From assembly GCA_043756805.1 (NCBI GenBank), contig JAYUQI010000084.1, forward strand, positions 1-34,292: 34,292 nt of DNA, written 5' to 3'. The notes beneath the pieces were generated by a model. It was not told the DNA's origin and searched no databases. It worked only from the letters and a program-made list of their open reading frames with translations. Source of the DNA: Sphingomonas sp. (lineage in GTDB: Bacteria > Pseudomonadota > Alphaproteobacteria > Sphingomonadales > Sphingomonadaceae). The position numbers were made by a program, and so were the translations under genes. Shown piece by piece: positions 29,392-34,292 of the stretch; positions within the stretch are counted from its first letter, which is position 1, and each line of letters opens with the position of its first letter.

Positions 29392-29640
29392 TTAAATCTC
29401 TGTCTTTGCAGCGGCAGCCTTGGCCGCTTCATGCTCGGCGATAATATCTGCCGCCGACTTGCCCTCGATCAGCGGTGCGGGCTTGGCGGGTTCGACGGTG
29501 TCATCCTCGGCAATGCCTTTCTTGAAGCTCTTCAGCCCCTTGGCAACGTCGCCCATCATGTCGGAAAAGCGCCTCTTGCCGAACAGCAAGAGGACCAAAA
29601 TACCAACAATCAGCCAGTGCCAAATGCTCAGGCCACCCAT
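29392..29640 (-). CDS. tatA: Twin-arginine translocase subunit TatA
   Basis: [21 protein letters not shown]...[13 protein letters not shown]. Confidence 0.95.
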   Translation of the reverse strand: MGGLSIWHWLIVGILVLLLFGKRRFSDMMGDVAKGLKSFKKGIAEDDTVEPAKPAPLIEGKSAADIIAEHEAAKAAAAKTEI

Positions 29641-29668
29641 CACGAATCTCCCTCGGTGTTAACCCTAT

Positions 29669-30241
29669 CTAGTCGTCTTCATCCGCCGTTTCCAGATCAC
29701 CGATGAAATCATCATCGGAAACCCGGTCAAGCAGGCCCGCCGCGCGCAAATCATCAATGCCCGGCAGGTCGCGGCGATCCAATAAACCGAAATGCGTTAA
29801 AAAGTCGGGCGTGGTCGCATAGGTCAACGGACGGCCCGGCACTTGCCTTCGCCCGGCGGGGACAATCCACCCGGCTTCCATCAACACATCAAGCGTGCCC
29901 TTCGAGATTTGCACCCCGCGAATGGCTTCGATCTCGGCACGGCTGACGGGCTCCTGATAGGCGATTATGGCCAGCGTCTCTATGGCGGCGCGCGACAATT
30001 TGCGCGAGGCCTCGCGCGTTTCACGCAGCAGATGCGCCATGTCGGGCGCGGTCTGGAAATGCCATCGCCCCCCGCGCTCGACGAGGTTAATCCCGCGACC
30101 GGCATAGGCTTCGGTCAGTTCCGCCAGCGCAATCTCCACGCCGCCGCTGTCCAGTCGTCGCGTGATTTCTTCGACCGCCAGCGGACTCTCACTGGCAAAA
30201 AGTAGCGCCTCAACCGCGCGGGCTTGCTCGGAAACCATCAT
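29669..30241 (-). CDS. scpB: SMC-Scp complex subunit ScpB
   Basis: EALLFAS, LSRAAIETLAIIAYQEPVSRAEIEAIRGV, PGRP...FLTHFGL. Confidence 0.95.
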   Translation of the reverse strand: MMVSEQARAVEALLFASESPLAVEEITRRLDSGGVEIALAELTEAYAGRGINLVERGGRWHFQTAPDMAHLLRETREASRKLSRAAIETLAIIAYQEPVSRAEIEAIRGVQISKGTLDVLMEAGWIVPAGRRQVPGRPLTYATTPDFLTHFGLLDRRDLPGIDDLRAAGLLDRVSDDDFIGDLETADEDD

Positions 30242-30963
30242 GCTGCTTTCACCAGAATCGGCCCGAACGCATCATCCTGCCGGATGTCGACAAGCCCGCG
30301 CCGTGCCATCTCCAACGTCGCGACTACCGTCGAGGCCAAGGCCGACCGCCGGAAATCGGGATTGCCATCCCTTGGCAGGAACGCAGCGATTGCTGTCCAG
30401 TCGCCGATCCGCCCGAGCATCGCCTCGATCCGCTGCATCGCGGCCTCGAGCGTCATCACCGGTCGCCGCGCCACTTGGTGCAGCACTGGTGCGGTGCGCG
30501 CGTTTACGCGGCCATAGGCACCGAGGAGCTCATACAAACTCACCTGCCACATAATCTTCTTGTCAGTCTTCAACCCTTCCGGACGCCCACGGGCAAAGAC
30601 GTCGCGATCTATCCGGTCGCGGGCCATCAAACGCGCGCCCGCCTCGCGCATCGCGTCAAGTCGCCGCAGACGCTGTTGCAAACGGAATGCCAGTTCTTCC
30701 GGGCTGGGGTCTTCCTGCTCGGCCTTGGGCAACAAAAGACAGGATTTGAGATAGGCCAGCCACGCCGCCATCACGAGATAATCGGCAGCCTGTTCGAGTT
30801 CGATGGCACCGGCTCGCTTCAGATACGCAAGATATTGGTCGACCAGCGCAAGGATCGAAATCTCGCGCAAATCGACCTTTTGTGCGCGGGCGAGCGCGAG
30901 CAACAGGTCAAGCGGCCCTTCCCACGCGCCAAGGTCCAGCGTGAGGCCGTCCTGCTCAGACAA
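30238..30963 (-). CDS. scpA: Segregation and condensation protein A
   Basis: EGPLDLLL, AADYLVMAAWLAYLKS, ATLEMAR...RQDDAFGPI; TTG start. Confidence 0.95.
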   Translation of the reverse strand: MSEQDGLTLDLGAWEGPLDLLLALARAQKVDLREISILALVDQYLAYLKRAGAIELEQAADYLVMAAWLAYLKSCLLLPKAEQEDPSPEELAFRLQQRLRRLDAMREAGARLMARDRIDRDVFARGRPEGLKTDKKIMWQVSLYELLGAYGRVNARTAPVLHQVARRPVMTLEAAMQRIEAMLGRIGDWTAIAAFLPRDGNPDFRRSALASTVVATLEMARRGLVDIRQDDAFGPILVKAA

Positions 30964-31963
30964 GCGCGAGCAATTCGTCGCACTTGGCGATCAATTCAGG
31001 GATCAGTTCATAATCAATAGAAGGCGTAATTGTCGCCATTGCAGCGGCCAATCGCTGAATCGCGGAGTCAGACATCTCTGACACGCTATCGGCAATCGCG
31101 ACCATGTCTTCCATCGTCCCCGAACAATGCAGCGCCACATCGCACCCCGCCGCAAGGCAGGCCACAGCGCGCGACGCAATATCACCCGAAAGCGCTGCCA
31201 TGTCGAGATCGTCGCTTATCAACAGCCCGTCAAAACCAATCCGCCCGCGAATGATGTCACGGATGATTGTTTCGGACATTGTTGCGGGGTTGGCAGCATC
31301 CCACGCATTGAACATGACATGCCCCGTCAACGCCATATGTGCATCATGCAAACGCTCGAACGGGAGCAGATCGTCTGCGAGTTCGGCTTCACTTGCGGCG
31401 ACCACCGGCAGATGATGATGCGTATCGACTGTCGCGCGCCCTTGCCCCGGCATATGTTTGACGACGCCGATCACGCCCGCCTGCCGCAAGCCGTCGAGCA
31501 TCGCCGCGCCGAATGAGGCAACACGAACCGGGTCATCGCTGAACGACCGCTCGCCGATCGCCGCATGCGTTTCGGCACGACGCACATCGAGCACCGGCGC
31601 GATGTTCACATTGATCCCGACATCGGCAAGCGTCAGCCCGATTGCGCGCGCATTGACCCGCACAGCTTCCAGTGCGGAAATCGGTGCACGTTCATAAAGG
31701 GCGTCGAATAGTGCAGCAGCCGGAAACGCTGGCCAAATCGGCGGCCCCATCCGCGCCACCCGTCCGCCTTCCTGATCAATCAGGATCGGCAACGTCTCGC
31801 GGCCATGAAGCGTGCGCAAGTCATCGGTGAGCGCCCGCGCTTGTGCCTCATCAACGATATTGCGTTTGAACAGGATATAGCCCGCAGGATCAGCTGCGGC
31901 GAAAAAGCGGCGTTCGGCGGCAGTCAGAACCGGACCGGACAGGCCAAAGATGACGGGCTTCAT
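30956..31963 (-). CDS. nagZ: Beta-N-acetylhexosaminidase (GH3)
   Basis: ILFKRN, IDQEGGRVAR, KHMPGQG...DTH, SDDLDM. Confidence 0.93.
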   Translation of the reverse strand: MKPVIFGLSGPVLTAAERRFFAAADPAGYILFKRNIVDEAQARALTDDLRTLHGRETLPILIDQEGGRVARMGPPIWPAFPAAALFDALYERAPISALEAVRVNARAIGLTLADVGINVNIAPVLDVRRAETHAAIGERSFSDDPVRVASFGAAMLDGLRQAGVIGVVKHMPGQGRATVDTHHHLPVVAASEAELADDLLPFERLHDAHMALTGHVMFNAWDAANPATMSETIIRDIIRGRIGFDGLLISDDLDMAALSGDIASRAVACLAAGCDVALHCSGTMEDMVAIADSVSEMSDSAIQRLAAAMATITPSIDYELIPELIAKCDELLALV

Positions 31964-31989
31964 ACGGCGGCTTGTAGCGCCACTTTCTT

Positions 31990-32101
31990 CTCCCCTCCAG
32001 CCCTTGCTGGAGGGGCTGGGGGTGGCTGCTTTGTCAAATCAGTGATGCCCGATCCAGCAGGAGGACCACCCCCAGCCCCTCCGCGAAAGCGTGGAGGGGA
32101 G
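31990..32101. repeat. REP-doublet palindrome, family C (CCCCTCC...GGAGGGG), between the SPOR gene and nagZ
   Basis: Arms 31990-32025 and 32066-32101 are imperfect inverted repeats, each containing its own CCCCTCC-loop-GGAGGGG hairpin. Confidence 0.88.
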
Positions 32102-32110
32102 CAGTTTCGC

Positions 32111-32848
32111 CTAATTCACAATCATGCAATTTTCGCCCGCGACTTTCAGCTTGCCGCAGATTGTCGAGGCCTGACCGCCAGCATTCGCGCGAAGGCGATA
32201 TACCTGATTGCCGTTAACTTGGGCCGTCACCACCGATTTGGGCAGCGCTGACAAATAGCCGAAACGTTTGGCCAGTGTCGTCCACGCTTCGTTCGCTTTG
32301 GCTTCCGAACCAAACGAGCCCAGCTGAACCAGCGAACCACTCGGCGCAGCCATCGCAACATTGGGCAATGGTTTGGCGGGCGGTGCGGCCACCAGCTTGC
32401 CACCCGATGCAGGGACAGCCGCCGTTGCGACGGGCTTGGCCGGTGCGCCGCTGAAGCCGGGCTTGGGCAGCACCGCCTTGGCACCCTTTACGGGCGTTTC
32501 GGACGCTGCGTTGGTATCGATCTTGCCATTGGCTTCGGCGCCTTCGGACGCGGCAAAGCTGCTGTCGCCTTGTCCTTCGACTTTCATGCCGCCCGGCGCA
32601 TCGGGACGAACCTTGTAATCGCCCTCCTGTGCAGCGATCAGCTTGCCGTCACCCGTTGGCCCCGGTTGGCTGCGCAATAGAGAGACGCCCGCGATGACCA
32701 CGCCAAGCGCAACAATCGCCGCCACGGCAAAGCCGATCAGCTTGCCGGTCGAGATCGTTTCCGCATCGCCATCATCGTCAACCGCTTCGAGCCAGGGGAG
32801 CCGATCCTCGTCCTGCAAAGGCAGTGTGTCGCGGTCGTTATCAGTCAT
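32111..32848 (-). CDS. SPOR-domain membrane protein (FtsN-like)
   Basis: LPWLE N-terminal motif, one TM, YKVRP..PGG, C-terminal SPOR (VQLGSF...YRLRA...C..LK...C); sits between argS and nagZ. Confidence 0.85.
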   Translation of the reverse strand: MTDNDRDTLPLQDEDRLPWLEAVDDDGDAETISTGKLIGFAVAAIVALGVVIAGVSLLRSQPGPTGDGKLIAAQEGDYKVRPDAPGGMKVEGQGDSSFAASEGAEANGKIDTNAASETPVKGAKAVLPKPGFSGAPAKPVATAAVPASGGKLVAAPPAKPLPNVAMAAPSGSLVQLGSFGSEAKANEAWTTLAKRFGYLSALPKSVVTAQVNGNQVYRLRANAGGQASTICGKLKVAGENCMIVN

Positions 32849-32850
32849 AA

Positions 32851-34292
32851 TTACATCTCCTCCGCAGCGCGGACCCCCATGATCGCCAGACCATTACGGA
32901 TAATTTGTCCTATACCATTCGCTAAATAGAGTCGTGCCTGTGTCAATTCGGGACGATTAACCATCAGGACGCGCCGATCAGGCCGGTCATTGCCCATATT
33001 GAAATAGCCGTGAAAAGCGGCCGCCAGATCAAAAAGATAGAAGGCAATGCGGTGTGGCTCGCGGCTCGCGGCTGCCGACTCGACGATTCGCGGAAATTGT
33101 GCTGCGAATTTAACTATTTCGAGGTCTTCAGCATCAAGCTGTTCCAGCAAATGCCGTTCGGGCTGAGCTTGTCGAAGCCTTGTACTTATTTCTGAACCCT
33201 CGGCTCCAGCGAAGGACAGCCCTTCGACAGGCTCAGGGATAACGGTATCTGGGAATGCCTCGACAATCTTGCGCCCCAGCGAACAAATCCGCGCATGCGC
33301 ATATTGGACGTAGAATACCGGATTGTCTTTCGACGCCTCGACGACCTTGGCAAAGTCGAAATCCATCTGCGCATCGGCCTTGCGCGTCAGCATCGTGAAG
33401 CGGACCACGTCCTTGCCGACTTCCTCGACAACATCGGCGAGTGTGACGAAATTGCCCGAGCGTTTGGACATTTTCACCGGCTCGCCGTTGCGGAGCAACC
33501 GGACCATCTGGATCAGCTTCACATCGAACGGCTTCCCGCCTGTCAGCGCGGACACAGCGGCACGAATGCGTTTCACCGTCCCCGCATGATCCGCGCCCCA
33601 GATGTCGATCAGCGCGTCTGCGGTTTCGCTTTTCTGGAAATGATAGGCCATGTCGGCCCCGAAATAGGTCCAGCTGCCGTCAGACTTGCGGATCGGGCGG
33701 TCCTGATCATCGCCGAACTGCGTCGAACGGAACAGCGGCAACGTGACCGGCTCCCAGTCAGGATCGACTTCGCCTTTGGGAGCTTCAAGCTGGCCATCAT
33801 AGACGAGGCCCGCCGCACGCAGCACGGCTTCGGCGGCTTCGGGTTTCTTCGCGGCCTGCACGGCCGCTTCGGACGCAATCACATTATGACGGATACCGAG
33901 CTTTGCAAGGTCGGTTTGGATGAGTTCCATCATCGCCGCCACCGCCCGTTCGCGGAACAATTTCAGCCAATCGGTCTCAGGCTTACCGACATAGGCATCG
34001 CCAAATTCTGTCGCCAACGCCTGCCCAACCGGCACAAGATAATCGCCCGGATATAATCCTTCAGCTATCCCGACCGTCTCGCCCAGCGCCTCGCGGTACC
34101 GCAGATGCACCGACCGCGCGAGGACATCGACCTGCCCGCCCGCATCGTTGACATAATATTCGCGGATGACCTTGTGCCCGGCATACTCAAGCAAGCTCGC
34201 CAGCGCATCGCCGACCACAGCACCGCGGCAATGCCCCATATGCATTGGTCCCGTCGGGTTTGCCGAGACATATTCGATGTTCACGGTCGTCC
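32851..34292 (-). CDS. argS: Arginine--tRNA ligase, 5' end outside the window
   Basis: EYVSANPTGPMHMGH, WGADH, KMSKRSG, NPVFYVQYAHAR, EPHRIAFYL. Confidence 0.97.
   Translation of the reverse strand, partial: TTVNIEYVSANPTGPMHMGHCRGAVVGDALASLLEYAGHKVIREYYVNDAGGQVDVLARSVHLRYREALGETVGIAEGLYPGDYLVPVGQALATEFGDAYVGKPETDWLKLFRERAVAAMMELIQTDLAKLGIRHNVIASEAAVQAAKKPEAAEAVLRAAGLVYDGQLEAPKGEVDPDWEPVTLPLFRSTQFGDDQDRPIRKSDGSWTYFGADMAYHFQKSETADALIDIWGADHAGTVKRIRAAVSALTGGKPFDVKLIQMVRLLRNGEPVKMSKRSGNFVTLADVVEEVGKDVVRFTMLTRKADAQMDFDFAKVVEASKDNPVFYVQYAHARICSLGRKIVEAFPDTVIPEPVEGLSFAGAEGSEISTRLRQAQPERHLLEQLDAEDLEIVKFAAQFPRIVESAAASREPHRIAFYLFDLAAAFHGYFNMGNDRPDRRVLMVNRPELTQARLYLANGIGQIIRNGLAIMGVRAAEEM
33154..33245. 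repeat. REP-doublet palindrome, family B, in frame inside argS
   Basis: CCGTTCGGGCTGAGCTTGTCGAAGCC ... CCCTTCGACAGGCTCAGGGATAACGG; read as TVIPEPVEGLSFAGAEGSEISTRLRQAQPER. Confidence 0.92.

Overview
A GC-rich alphaproteobacterial chromosomal segment, most likely Sphingomonadales (inferred from PEPxxWA-type sorting tails, the phyR/ecfG + nepR/phyT layout and conserved gene order). It is mostly housekeeping: a ligase-associated Lhr helicase (runs off the left edge, absent from the ORF track) and its MBL exonuclease, acnA, ptsP-rodZ-cpoB-tilS-ftsH, glnE-bcp-M23-erpA-xth and argS-SPOR-nagZ-scpAB-tatABC. It also has two PEP-CTERM proteins, an AT-richer stand-alone STAND-like ATPase and a general stress response (GSR) locus. 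Two things stand out. (1) Five REP-doublet palindromes from three sequence families, three of them translated in frame inside proteins (twice in Lhr, once in ArgS), with no transposase in the window. (2) An extended GSR circuit visible in the DNA: EcfG promoters, a second small NepR-like gene converging on ecfG, and an EcfG-driven two-hairpin RNA with C-rich loops upstream of an entericidin gene missed by the ORF track. All calls are by-eye motif recognition; no database search was run.
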